A DNA stretch of 64,000 nucleotides from Polyangiaceae bacterium (GTDB lineage Bacteria > Myxococcota_A > Polyangia > Polyangiales > Polyangiaceae). Shown piece after piece: positions 1 through 9,525 of the stretch; position 1 is the first letter of the stretch; each line of letters begins with the position of its first letter. The notes beneath the pieces are model-generated. The model did no database searches, was not told the origin of the DNA, and saw only the letters and a list, made by a program, of their open reading frames with translations. The stretch covers positions 96,001-160,000 of the forward strand of contig CBDCTZ010000015.1 of NCBI GenBank assembly GCA_965222375.1, in the 5' to 3' direction. A program made the translations under genes and the position numbers.

Positions 1-1
1 C

Positions 2-364
2 ACTTCTACTTTCGCGGGTGCGCCCTTGGCTTGCGTCACTGCAATCGCAACTCTGGACATCCTTCACCGTGACAACCTCGCCGCGCGTTCCAAGGAGGTC
101 GGCGGTCGGCTGCTCCGATTGCTCCGCGAGCGCTTCCTGGGTCGCGAGAGAATCCGAGATGTTCGCGGACGTGGACTCATGCTCGGAATCGACTTTGGGG
201 ACGAGCGCGGCAGCGCCGTGCAAGTGATGCGGCGTCTGTTGGAACGCGGCTTCATCACGACGACGGGCGGTGGGCAGCGCGAAGCCTTGATCCTGTCGCC
301 GCCCCTAAACATAGCCGAACCGCTGCTGCGTGCTTTCGCGGACGCGCTGGACGAGGCCCTTTGA
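2..364 (+). CDS. Class III (PLP) aminotransferase, C-terminal part (5' truncated by window edge)
   Basis: Frame from nt 2 reads TSTFAGAPLAC...DVRGRGLMLGIDF...SPPLNI, the typical class III aminotransferase C-terminus; stop overlaps the next start (TTGA). Confidence 0.85.
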   Translation, partial: TSTFAGAPLACVTAIATLDILHRDNLAARSKEVGGRLLRLLRERFLGRERIRDVRGRGLMLGIDFGDERGSAVQVMRRLLERGFITTTGGGQREALILSPPLNIAEPLLRAFADALDEAL

Positions 365-1500
365 CGAACCCCAACTGGCTTTCGGAAAGCGATGCGCTGC
401 ATCTGCGGGTGCAAGCTTTCGGACTGGAACGTAGCTCCGAGAACTTCGACGCGCTTGCCCTGGATATTGCTCGATTCCAGGCCCGCCACATTCCTGCGTA
501 TGCCCGCCTGGTTGAGGCTCGCGGCAGTTCCCTGAGCTCGGCAGACGACATCGTAGCGGTACCCACGGACGCCTTTCGACTGGCCCGAGTCGCTGTGCAG
601 CCAGAAGCCATGGACCATGCGCGCTTTGTCTCCAGCGGCACGACTTCTGCGGCGCGTAGCGTGCACCCTCTGCGTCGGTTGGACACCTACCAGCAACTGT
701 CCGTGCATTTCGCCCGGCAGAAGCTGATCAATGATACCCGCGCCCGCCGAGTTGTGGTCGCGCTCGCGCCACACCCCGGCAGCCCCCCGGCGTCGTCATT
801 GGGATTCATGATGTGGACGTTCACGGTGGTCCTGGACGGTCGGGCACTCAGCGTGGACCCAGAAGGAGCCCTGTTCAACCCAGACAACCCCGAGCGCTGG
901 TTAGCCTCCAATCGAGGTTTGAACCTAGCGGGCTTGGAACGTGCCGCCCGGATTGCGTTGGAACGGCAAGAGCCTCTCTTGGTGCTGGGAACCTCTCTTG
1001 CGCTCCTGCAACTCCTCGAGGTGATGGAGGACCGGGTCTTGCGTTGCCCACGCAACACTGTGGTGATGCAAACGGGGGGAACAAAAGGTCGCAGGCTCCG
1101 GACCACGCCCACGGCGCTGGCCAAAGCAGTGGCAAAGGCGTTCGGGATTGGCGTCGAACGCGTTGTCAGTGAATACGGCATGACCGAGCTCAGCAGCCAG
1201 GCCTACACGGACGTATTGCAACAGCCGGAAACCGCGGAGATCTACCACCCGCCTCGGTGGTTGCGAATCATTCCGGTTGACCCGGTGCGCTTACGGCCAG
1301 TTCCGGACGGCGAGCCCGGGCTGGCGCGTTTCGTGGACCTCTGCAACGTCGATTCTGCGGTCGCCGTGCTCAGCCAAGATCTGGTTCGAGTCCGAGGCGG
1401 AGGGATCGAACTGTTGGGCCGACGCCCTGGAGCTCTGGCCCGGGGGTGTTCCTTGGACCTGGAAGAGCTGATTCTGTTCCGGGGCCGGCAAGCTTCATGA
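361..1500 (+). CDS. LuxE-like acyl-protein synthetase
   Basis: FVSSGTT, QTGGTKG, SEYGMTELSSQAY, DLCNVDS and C-terminal GRR...ARGCS motifs of the LuxE family. Confidence 0.85.
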   Translation: MTNPNWLSESDALHLRVQAFGLERSSENFDALALDIARFQARHIPAYARLVEARGSSLSSADDIVAVPTDAFRLARVAVQPEAMDHARFVSSGTTSAARSVHPLRRLDTYQQLSVHFARQKLINDTRARRVVVALAPHPGSPPASSLGFMMWTFTVVLDGRALSVDPEGALFNPDNPERWLASNRGLNLAGLERAARIALERQEPLLVLGTSLALLQLLEVMEDRVLRCPRNTVVMQTGGTKGRRLRTTPTALAKAVAKAFGIGVERVVSEYGMTELSSQAYTDVLQQPETAEIYHPPRWLRIIPVDPVRLRPVPDGEPGLARFVDLCNVDSAVAVLSQDLVRVRGGGIELLGRRPGALARGCSLDLEELILFRGRQAS

Positions 1501-2549
1501 CGGCTGCAGCCCGCGCGCGTGTCGAGAGCCTGTTGGCGGCGGCGAGGAAACTGGCGGATCCAACTACCGAACTGGGACGGCGGGCGCGGCGGGAGCTTCC
1601 GGAACAGACAGGCTTGTCTCCCGAGAATGTGGAGTTGTGTCTCACTCGACACCTGGAGTTCCAAGCAGACCCGCCCTCCCTGGAAGCGCTGTGTGCGGTT
1701 GCCCCACCATGCAGAAAATCCCACGTGTTGCTGTCGGCCAACGTTTTCACGGCGCCTTTACGCGCGATTGCGATCGCACTAGCTCAATCGCCTCGGGTCG
1801 ATGTGCGACCCTCACGACGGCAACCCTTGTTCACGAAGCTGCTCTGGGACGCCAGCGGCGGAGCATTTCGTATCGTCGAAGATCTGGTGCCCTCACCGGA
1901 CGACCACGTGTGGGCCTACGGCCGCGACGAAAACCTCGAGGCGGTACGCGACGAATTGCCTGCTGGCGTCGTCTTTCACGCTCATGCAAGCGGTTTCGGC
2001 ATTGCGGTGGTCGGCGAACACGACTCGGAAGCCACAAGCGAAATCGCCGCTGCGATCGTGAGCGACGTCGTGCCATTCGATCAGCGAGGCTGCCTGAGTC
2101 CTCGCATTGTCCTGGTACATGGCCGTGAGGAAGCCGCGCAAGCCCTTGCGGAACATCTCGCCCAAGCCCTGCTGACGGCGCGACAGGAAGTCCCCCTTGG
2201 TGCCATGACGGACGACGAAGCTGCCGAAGTGACCCGCTACCGAGACACGATGACCTACGCGGGCCGCGTGTTCCCAGCAGGCAAGGGTCTCGTCGGCTTT
2301 GACGAGCGCGGGAGTGTGTTGCTCGCGCCGGTTGGGCGCAGCCTACACGTCGCGCGAGTGTTGGAGTTGGCGCCAGCATTGGAACAGGCAGCGAGTCACA
2401 TCACCTCCGTGGGTGCGCCGATCGGACTGCACAAAAAGCTTGCGGTGCTGCTGCCCCATGCCCGAATCGCCGAGCTTGGCCGGCAACAATGCCCACCTCT
2501 GGACGGCCCGGTGGATCGGCGCGAGTCGACCGCCGGCGAGATGCTCTGA
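1497..2549 (+). CDS. LuxC-like acyl-CoA reductase
   Basis: FDQRGCLSPR catalytic-Cys motif, AYG, C-terminal DGPVD; ATGA overlap with the luxE-like stop. Confidence 0.8.
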   Translation: MTAAARARVESLLAAARKLADPTTELGRRARRELPEQTGLSPENVELCLTRHLEFQADPPSLEALCAVAPPCRKSHVLLSANVFTAPLRAIAIALAQSPRVDVRPSRRQPLFTKLLWDASGGAFRIVEDLVPSPDDHVWAYGRDENLEAVRDELPAGVVFHAHASGFGIAVVGEHDSEATSEIAAAIVSDVVPFDQRGCLSPRIVLVHGREEAAQALAEHLAQALLTARQEVPLGAMTDDEAAEVTRYRDTMTYAGRVFPAGKGLVGFDERGSVLLAPVGRSLHVARVLELAPALEQAASHITSVGAPIGLHKKLAVLLPHARIAELGRQQCPPLDGPVDRRESTAGEML

Positions 2550-2669
2550 CCCGAAGGTGCAGGGGCAGCCGTCTTTTTGGGGGCCACGCGACGGCAGTAC
2601 GCGCCATGAGTGTCCGAAAGTGCACGAAGCCACCAAATGCGCTATGTCTCGACCACTTGGAGGATTCTC

Positions 2670-3515
2670 ATGCGCTTCGTTTTCACTTCTGTTTTCTTCG
2701 TTGGCGCCGCCGCAGCGGCCTTGGTTGCCTGCAGTGGTGACACCGATAGCGGGGGCTCCGGAGGAGCCAGCGGCGGAAGCGCCGGCGGCGGCAGTGGCGG
2801 AACGACCACGGGTGGCTCTGCTGGAACCGCAACCGGCGGTAGCGCCGGCAGCGCAACCGGCGGAACCGCCGGCAGCGCAACCGGCGGAAGTGCCGGTAGC
2901 GCGACAGGTGGAAGCGCGGGTAGCGCAACGGGAGGAAGTGCCGGTAGTGCGACAGGCGGAAGTGCTGGTTCCGGTGGAAGCGCGGGCGCTGCGGCAAAAC
3001 CCGAATGCACCACCGCGGCGGACTGCAAGCCCTTCGAGGACTGTTGCACCTGCAGCGCCGTACCCAAGGACGTCAACCCACCGTCGTGCAAGAAGGGGTG
3101 CACGGACAAGGCTTGCAAGGTTCTTGGCGTCCCGTCGGCACAGGTCGAATGTGTCGCAGGTCGCTGCGTCAAAGCCTTCGACTGCGATTCGTCCAAGGTC
3201 ACCTGCAAGTTGGCCCCGCCCAAATGCCCAGCCGGTTCCACGCCCCAGGTGGCCGGCAGTTGCTACACCCTGGCGTGCGTGAAGTCCTCCCAGTGCAAAA
3301 CGGTCCCGGATTGCACAAAGTGCGGTCCCAACGAGGCCTGCAGCACCTACGTCACCCAATTGGGCCCGCAGCCACACTGCGTATCCGTGCCGCCGGAGTG
3401 CAAAGGCAACGCAACCTGTGGTTGTCTCGGACCGACGACATGCGTCAAGCCCTTCGACTCATGCAACGATCTCTCAGGAATCAAGGGCGTTAGCTGCGGC
3501 TGCCCCGCTTGTTGA
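2670..3515 (+). CDS. Lipoprotein with GGSAGSAT repeat linker and Cys-rich C-terminal domain
   Basis: GGAGG upstream; lipobox LVAC; about six 8-aa repeats; dense Cys in the C-terminal half. Confidence 0.8.
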   Translation: MRFVFTSVFFVGAAAAALVACSGDTDSGGSGGASGGSAGGGSGGTTTGGSAGTATGGSAGSATGGTAGSATGGSAGSATGGSAGSATGGSAGSATGGSAGSGGSAGAAAKPECTTAADCKPFEDCCTCSAVPKDVNPPSCKKGCTDKACKVLGVPSAQVECVAGRCVKAFDCDSSKVTCKLAPPKCPAGSTPQVAGSCYTLACVKSSQCKTVPDCTKCGPNEACSTYVTQLGPQPHCVSVPPECKGNATCGCLGPTTCVKPFDSCNDLSGIKGVSCGCPAC

Positions 3516-5114
3516 TCAGCCGGGACCAGTGCTTTTCGCTGCAGACAGCAGCACTCCATCCTTCGGCCGAATGCGATACAGCAGGCTCCGCAAGGGTGCT
3601 TCCGCCATGATGCCCTCCCAGGTCCTTCGGCGCGGACGCTTCATTTGATCCGCCAGGGCGTGGGGGAAGCCGGTGATCGGATCCGTCGCTTCGATCAAGA
3701 TGGCGTGCTGGTGCACTTTCCCGTCGTTTTTCAGGCCCTGAATCGCAACAATGTCCCCGGCGCGGAATCGATCTGCTTGCTCGAGCAGGAACGCGAAGAA
3801 GCGCTGTCGCTCCCGAAACTTGATGCGCTCCTCGGGCGCGAAACGCACGTGCTCGAATAGATCGGTTTTCTCCTGTGCGAACTCTTCCAGGGCGAGCACG
3901 CCGCGGCGATTCTCGATACCGAACGAATTGAAGTCCAACCGACCGGATCTGCGTTCCGGCTTCTCGCCCAAAGGCGAGAACCAGGTGTCGCTAGCCCGCT
4001 CGTAACTATCGAGGACGAAGTCCACGCAGACTTGAGGCGGATGTGGTCGACCGTCCTTGTCGTACACGGGGTAGAACTGCTCATCGACCTGAAAGCTTCG
4101 ACGACCGGAAAGATAAGCCCAACGCCACGCCGGACGGAGCGCCCCATCGCGATCGGCGGTTTCTTCGCCGCGAGGGCGATCGAAGGGAAGCGCCTCCGCA
4201 ACATTGGAACTGACCACCTGTCGCAAGCGACGCAACGCGTCCCGCCGCGGCGCCTCTGCCTTCAGATGCTGCAGGATGCGGTTACGCCGCGCAGCGGGCT
4301 CTCGATAGCAGCGCAGGCTCAGCTTGGCGCCGTCGGAATCCAAAACCGCCTTAGTCCAGGCGCCAGCAATACGCAGCTTGGCCAGGATGCCGGTCGAGGC
4401 GAAGCGCTCCACCTGTAGGCGTTCGAAACCAAGCTCCGACTGCAACGCCTGCGCATCCCGATGCAGAGGCCGCGCTAGCCCGGCCCGCGTCGTCGCCACT
4501 CGGTCGCCAAACAACAACTCGCCCCGACGGCCATCATCATGGCGGTAGCTCGGCCTTCGCTCCGAGCTGCGGCGGAGCTCGTGAACCTTCGCGCCCCGTT
4601 GCAAGTAGATGGTCTCCTCCTCGAAGAGATCTACGAGCTTGAGGCGCGTGACGAGCGCCAGGGCCTCAACGGGGTCTGCCGAATAGACGTAGCCTTGCCG
4701 GAGCAGCAGGCCCCGCAGGCCAGGACGATCTGCGGCCAGGGCGCGACGCAAGAACACGACTCTCGAGAAAGCGCTGCGCTTCTTGGACGCGTCCCGCATC
4801 TTTCGGGCCAGGGACGAGAGTTGACTGTCCGGTGTCACCGCTGGTTCCTCGACGAACACCATCGCCTGCCCCCGTGCCCGCCCCAAGATGTCGGCGCGTT
4901 TGCGTTCAAAGGATGGCGCGCCGGAGAGTCCGGGTTCCTTGCGCAGCCGCGCAGTCACTCTCGCGCACACTGCAAACTCCGCGTCGACTACCGGCGATGG
5001 CGTAGCTGGAGGCGCGTGGTCAGCAGGCGAAGGAGGTGCTTCAGGTCGGCAAGCCCAAAAAAGTACTCCGGCGATGGCAGCGGCGCCTCTCGACGAGATT
5101 TGCATCTTCCTCAT
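3516..5114 (-). CDS. Hypothetical lipoprotein (~530 aa)
   Basis: Long protein-like ORF from MRKMQISS, lipobox-like FWAC, Pro-rich linker; the upstream part of the track ORF overlaps the patatin gene and is rejected. Confidence 0.7.
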   Translation of the reverse strand: MRKMQISSRGAAAIAGVLFWACRPEAPPSPADHAPPATPSPVVDAEFAVCARVTARLRKEPGLSGAPSFERKRADILGRARGQAMVFVEEPAVTPDSQLSSLARKMRDASKKRSAFSRVVFLRRALAADRPGLRGLLLRQGYVYSADPVEALALVTRLKLVDLFEEETIYLQRGAKVHELRRSSERRPSYRHDDGRRGELLFGDRVATTRAGLARPLHRDAQALQSELGFERLQVERFASTGILAKLRIAGAWTKAVLDSDGAKLSLRCYREPAARRNRILQHLKAEAPRRDALRRLRQVVSSNVAEALPFDRPRGEETADRDGALRPAWRWAYLSGRRSFQVDEQFYPVYDKDGRPHPPQVCVDFVLDSYERASDTWFSPLGEKPERRSGRLDFNSFGIENRRGVLALEEFAQEKTDLFEHVRFAPEERIKFRERQRFFAFLLEQADRFRAGDIVAIQGLKNDGKVHQHAILIEATDPITGFPHALADQMKRPRRRTWEGIMAEAPLRSLLYRIRPKDGVLLSAAKSTGPG

Positions 5115-5311
5115 TGAAACGCCTCGCCGCTCCTCCGCAATCCCTCGGCCCTGAGCTCGTTGCGCGGACAAGCGCCGAGCAAGTTCCTTCACTTCACCGT
5201 ACACCGGCGACGCAGATTTCGCTCGTGCGAGGCAGATGCCTCCGCAGCGGATTCGGCCACCGGCTGCGCGTGCCGCAGCGCAGGGCAGGCCCGGAGGGAA
5301 GCCTCGCGGGG

Positions 5312-6151
5312 CTAGCGCTGTTGGTGGCCGCCGGCGCGCTCCGGCGCCGACGTTCTTGCAGACGTCGCACTCGAGCTTGCATCTAGATCGGCCGCGTTGA
5401 CCCGGACCACGCCAGCTAGGACGCGATGGTCCAACGCCAGGGTCGTGCTGCGCCGAGCCTGTTCGAAGGCGCGCTGTCCTGCGTCCAGGCGAAACGGCCC
5501 CACACGCTCGATGCCCTCGACAACCAAGGCGACCAGACCTGCGCGCCGCGGAGGCTGCAATGCGGGGCTGCCCTTTCGTCGCCAAGGTGAGCGTGATGCA
5601 AGGTGGTGGTGCAGCACGCGGCGTCCGGGTGCGACCCCGGCGACGCCGGGACGGTCGAGAACACCACCATCCATCAATGGGCGCCCCTCCACCCACAACG
5701 GGTGAAACAAGCCAGGCAGGGTGCAAGAGGCCTGAATCGCTGGAGCCAACGGGCCGTGCTGCATGACTCGAGTTCGTCGCGATAGTACGTCGTACACGCT
5801 CAACGCAGCGGGCACACGACATCCCTCGAAGCGTCGCACTGGAAGCAACTCCAGCAGCATGTTGCGAAAAAGCCGACCGCGAAGCAGGCCCACACCGACG
5901 CCAGGATCCCAGAAGTCGGCGCGGCGTAATCCCATCAACACGTCGCGCTGCGCGGGTGCATCGACACCAGCGGCCCAGAGCCCCCCAACCAGCGCTCCGG
6001 CGCTAGCGCCGGACACACGGCTCGGAACGAGCCCCGCATCTTCCAGGGCGACCAGCATTCCGGCGTGCGCGAAGAAGCCAAAGAACCCCGCTGACATTGC
6101 CAGGGTGAATTCGCCCTCGTGAAGCCAGTCACGCAATGTCGGGGAAGCCAC
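5312..6151 (-). CDS. Patatin-like phospholipase
   Basis: Gly-rich [17 protein letters not shown] nucleophile elbow, DGG motif. Confidence 0.85.
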   Translation of the reverse strand: MASPTLRDWLHEGEFTLAMSAGFFGFFAHAGMLVALEDAGLVPSRVSGASAGALVGGLWAAGVDAPAQRDVLMGLRRADFWDPGVGVGLLRGRLFRNMLLELLPVRRFEGCRVPAALSVYDVLSRRTRVMQHGPLAPAIQASCTLPGLFHPLWVEGRPLMDGGVLDRPGVAGVAPGRRVLHHHLASRSPWRRKGSPALQPPRRAGLVALVVEGIERVGPFRLDAGQRAFEQARRSTTLALDHRVLAGVVRVNAADLDASSSATSARTSAPERAGGHQQR

Positions 6152-6180
6152 GCCACAACCACTCTAGCAGAGCCGTCAGC

Positions 6181-7371
6181 TCAGCCCGGCCGCCCGTCGA
6201 CCCGCTGCATAACCAACATGCGGGTCTGGAATAGTAGGAACGTGGCGAACCCGAGCATCCACAGGACGCCAGCCACCGTCAGCAGAGAGACTTGCGCGCC
6301 CGGTGCCAGCGGCGCGAGCACTCGCAGCATGGCGCCCGCCACGGTTGCAGCGAATCCCCAAGCGACGGGGCGCGGGGCCGCGAGCATGCGGCCAGTGTGG
6401 CCCAGAGTCACTCGGGACATCATTCCCAACGTGAGGGAACCAATGGCGCCAGCTGTCAGGCAGTGCGTCCACATCGAAGTTGGGACAAAGTCGAAGAAGT
6501 GACTGCCAGCGCGTAGCATGAGCCCGAAGGCGATAAAGGCGTGACCGGCGTGCAAGATCCACAACAACGGGTTGCGCAGAGTGCCCTGCGCCCCCCAGGC
6601 GTGCGCACGGACCAGGACCAGCACTCCGGCAACGAGCGCGATGGACGCGAGCCAACCCTCAGTCAGCTGCGCCGCACCGAGGACCGCCAAAGCGAGCACA
6701 CTCCCGAGAGCGAGTCGATCCAATGTTGGGCTGTTCTTCACCGCTTTGTCCTGCAACGCGTTGCGTGTGAACATCGGCACAATCCGCCCAGTGACCAGCA
6801 CCATCATCACCACGACGATGTCTAAGGCCAGCAAGGGACCCAGGCGCAAGCCCGGCACGGTGTGCCCCGCCGCACCCGAATGCAGCCAAATGTCCCCTGC
6901 CCCAAGGCCCACAATCATGAGCGGGAAGATGTAGTTGCGCCTGGACTTCGACAGCACGATCGGGCGCGCCAACACGAGAGCTAGCGCCAAGAAGAACGTG
7001 CCATCGACGTAAGCACCCCAGGCACTCCCCACGAAAGCGAGGCAACGTCCAGCTAGCCAGAGCACCACCAGAGCAGCAAGCGGCACACCGGTGGCGGTTT
7101 GACGGCTCGTCCAGTTGCTGGCGGCGGTGAGCAAGAAGCCAGCGATCACTGCGGCCGTGAAGCCGAATAGCATTTCGTGGGCGTGCCACACCGTGGCGCC
7201 GAGGCTGCCGCCAACGGCCACGTGCCCTCGCAGGGCAGCGACCCAGATCGGCAGGGAAAGCACCGCATGCAGTGCCGCTAGGAGGAAGAACGGTCGGAAG
7301 CCTTTGGCCAGCACCGCGACGGGCTCCGCACGCGTCGGTACGCTCTTCTCGTGCACCAAGGAGCGATTCAT
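6181..7371 (-). CDS. nnrS: NnrS family membrane protein
   Basis: GFRPFFL, WHAHEMLFGF, GFLLTA..NWT, GRIVPMFT, MMSRVTLGHTGR and terminal RVDGRPG are characteristic NnrS motifs. Confidence 0.9.
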   Translation of the reverse strand: MNRSLVHEKSVPTRAEPVAVLAKGFRPFFLLAALHAVLSLPIWVAALRGHVAVGGSLGATVWHAHEMLFGFTAAVIAGFLLTAASNWTSRQTATGVPLAALVVLWLAGRCLAFVGSAWGAYVDGTFFLALALVLARPIVLSKSRRNYIFPLMIVGLGAGDIWLHSGAAGHTVPGLRLGPLLALDIVVVMMVLVTGRIVPMFTRNALQDKAVKNSPTLDRLALGSVLALAVLGAAQLTEGWLASIALVAGVLVLVRAHAWGAQGTLRNPLLWILHAGHAFIAFGLMLRAGSHFFDFVPTSMWTHCLTAGAIGSLTLGMMSRVTLGHTGRMLAAPRPVAWGFAATVAGAMLRVLAPLAPGAQVSLLTVAGVLWMLGFATFLLFQTRMLVMQRVDGRPG

Positions 7372-7389
7372 GGATGCACGGGTTGGGCC

Positions 7390-8334
7390 TCAGGGGCCTT
7401 CAGAGAAGTTCTTGATGACATCAGCCGCACTCAGCGCCCGGCAGTAGACCGCAACGAGGTGGAGCTTGCCCAGCCAAGTGCGTGAATCGGTGAACTCGTT
7501 CGCCAGAACGAAGCCCCAGGTGCCATCCCAGTTGCCAAAGTCCCCACTCACGGTGTTGCTCTTGATGAGAGCTGAATCGATATAGAAACCGCTCGAACCG
7601 TTTGACGCCCGAGTGAACACCAGGTGAGTCAACGTGGTGGTCGTGGTCCCGAGGGGGGTCTTTATCTCCGACGTACCGATCGGGTTGGTGCTCGTGCGCA
7701 ACCGAACCCCAAAGGAGTTATCCATCTGCATCAGCGCAAAGTTGCGTGAGTGCTGGTCTTGGGAGTTGCTCAAGACCCGCGAGTGGCTGCCCTGGCCTGT
7801 GTTCTTGGGTGTGACCCAGACTTCCAAGCTCAGTTCCTTGGATTGCTTGCATTGGTCGTGAACCTTCGTGGGCGGACTGTTGTTCGCAATCCGTGTTTCG
7901 CTCTGAACCTCGAGGTGGCCTTTGCCCCACTTCACATTCTTCTCATCGGCGATTGTCAGGTCGTAGGGACTCCCGTTGCCCGAAGTGTCGGCAACCGTCG
8001 CCCCGCTTCCATCTTCGAATTCGTAGAGCAGCACTAGGCCCGCAGTGACGCGGCCCGTGGCGGCATCGCTGCCGGCATCCGCAACCGCGCCCCCCGTGCC
8101 CCCGCTTGCGGCTGCCCCGCCGAGTCCGCCGCTGCCACCCGCCTGTCCCCCACTCCCACCAGCCCCAACGCCGCCTGTGGCTGGTCCACCGCCAAGGCTA
8201 GCGTCGGAGTTGACGCTGGTGCCGCCTGAACCGCTGTCCAACGTAGAGCTAGCCTCGCCCCCGCCCGATTCCTCTAGGCCGCAGCCCGCTAGAGCCAATA
8301 CGAGTGCGCCACAAACGGCCAACGACCGCGACAT
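7390..8334 (-). CDS. Lipoprotein with Gly-rich linker and LamG/concanavalin-like domain
   Basis: Lipobox LAGC; YEFEDGSG..VADTSG, SLEVWV, HLVFT, VAVYCRALS are LamG-like motifs. Confidence 0.8.
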   Translation of the reverse strand: MSRSLAVCGALVLALAGCGLEESGGGEASSTLDSGSGGTSVNSDASLGGGPATGGVGAGGSGGQAGGSGGLGGAAASGGTGGAVADAGSDAATGRVTAGLVLLYEFEDGSGATVADTSGNGSPYDLTIADEKNVKWGKGHLEVQSETRIANNSPPTKVHDQCKQSKELSLEVWVTPKNTGQGSHSRVLSNSQDQHSRNFALMQMDNSFGVRLRTSTNPIGTSEIKTPLGTTTTTLTHLVFTRASNGSSGFYIDSALIKSNTVSGDFGNWDGTWGFVLANEFTDSRTWLGKLHLVAVYCRALSAADVIKNFSEGP

Positions 8335-8346
8335 GTACAAAGCGTA

Positions 8347-8868
8347 TCACGTGCCGTCATCGCGAGCGCGTCCGAGCCAGAGGGGAATCGCCAGCGCAGG
8401 GAGGGCAATCAGATCCGTCACATCTCGGGTCAAGTGAACGCGCCACGAGGGCGGCAGGTCGCCGCCTCGTAACAGCTCAAAACCCGCAACAAATGGCCAC
8501 TGCATCCCACCCAAGCCTACACGGTATGCATCGGCTGCCTGGGGCGACAGCTGCAAAGCGGTGAACACCGCTGCGGTGAGCAGAGCGGCCACGAACAAGA
8601 CCCTCCAGGAGTGATGCACCGGCTGTCCTCGAAGTCGCAGGCCGACTTCCCACAGCGCTTGGAGGAATAGCGGGAAGAACGCCAAGCCGGCGAAGTCCGA
8701 GAGTTTGCCAGTTATCGCTGATGGGCATGCGCTCTTGAGAACATGGTCGTTCACGACCAGCAGCAACACGGCTGCTAACGCCACTGGGTGCAGTAGCCCC
8801 TCGCCAGCCACGGCTTGGGTCGGCTCCCGACTCACGGTAGCAGGCAGTGCTTCAGTCCTCGACAACAT
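8347..8868 (-). CDS. Hypothetical membrane protein (start uncertain)
   Basis: Hydrophobic segments with NDHVLK..ITGKLSDFAGL and D.TDLIAL motifs seen in a conserved small membrane family. Confidence 0.7.
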   Translation of the reverse strand: MLSRTEALPATVSREPTQAVAGEGLLHPVALAAVLLLVVNDHVLKSACPSAITGKLSDFAGLAFFPLFLQALWEVGLRLRGQPVHHSWRVLFVAALLTAAVFTALQLSPQAADAYRVGLGGMQWPFVAGFELLRGGDLPPSWRVHLTRDVTDLIALPALAIPLWLGRARDDGT

Positions 8869-9385
8869 CGACAAACGCGTCGTCGGGTTCGTCAGTACCC
8901 GTCCCAGCAATGGCGGCCACGAACCGGTAGTTGAAGCGTACGGACTCATCGGGGTGCCCGTCGACGAGGCTCAGGCTAACCGTATAGCCCGCCTCGCAAG
9001 GAGCAGCCTCGCAAGGCGTATTCTGCCCCACATGAAGAGTGGCGTCCTCGAGTTCTCCGTCGTCATCGAAGGAGTCTTCGACCCGTTCGATCTCCTCGCG
9101 CAGGAGCGTGCCATCGTCAGCGACGATCTTCACGCGCACGGCGGCAGCCGGCTCGTGGACGTTTCGGTCCCAGCGGATGTCACCGTGCACCGAAACCGTA
9201 TGGGACTGACTCGAACGGACAGAGAAGTGACGAACGTCTTCGGGTCGGTTGGTATCCAGGCGAATCTCGGGTACTGCCGCCGAATCATCCAGGCTCCAGT
9301 CCGGTTGACTGGTCGCAATGGAGGCCAGCGCCGCCGCAACCAATCCCAAACGACTCAGCCCCCGCCTCCAGGTGTCTCTCCGCAT
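8852..9385 (-). CDS. Hypothetical secreted protein
   Basis: Signal-like N-terminus MRRDTWRRGLSRLGLVAAALASIA; acidic, beta-rich body. Confidence 0.6.
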   Translation of the reverse strand: MRRDTWRRGLSRLGLVAAALASIATSQPDWSLDDSAAVPEIRLDTNRPEDVRHFSVRSSQSHTVSVHGDIRWDRNVHEPAAAVRVKIVADDGTLLREEIERVEDSFDDDGELEDATLHVGQNTPCEAAPCEAGYTVSLSLVDGHPDESVRFNYRFVAAIAGTGTDEPDDAFVDVVED

Positions 9386-9525
9386 ACCAGGGTCTAGCAG
9401 CAACCGTCGTGCCTGGCATTCTCTCGGTCATTTCTGGGATTCGGCCGAGACCCGGCCTGACAGTAGTGTCAGGCTCCGGCGAAACCGCGGTTCACGCCGT
9501 GCGTTCGAGCGTTTATGGTTCCCGT

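Noticed and set aside
361..2549. Bioluminescence (lux) operon
   Set aside because: No luxA/luxB/luxD in the window; standalone luxE/luxC-like pairs are common in non-luminous bacteria.
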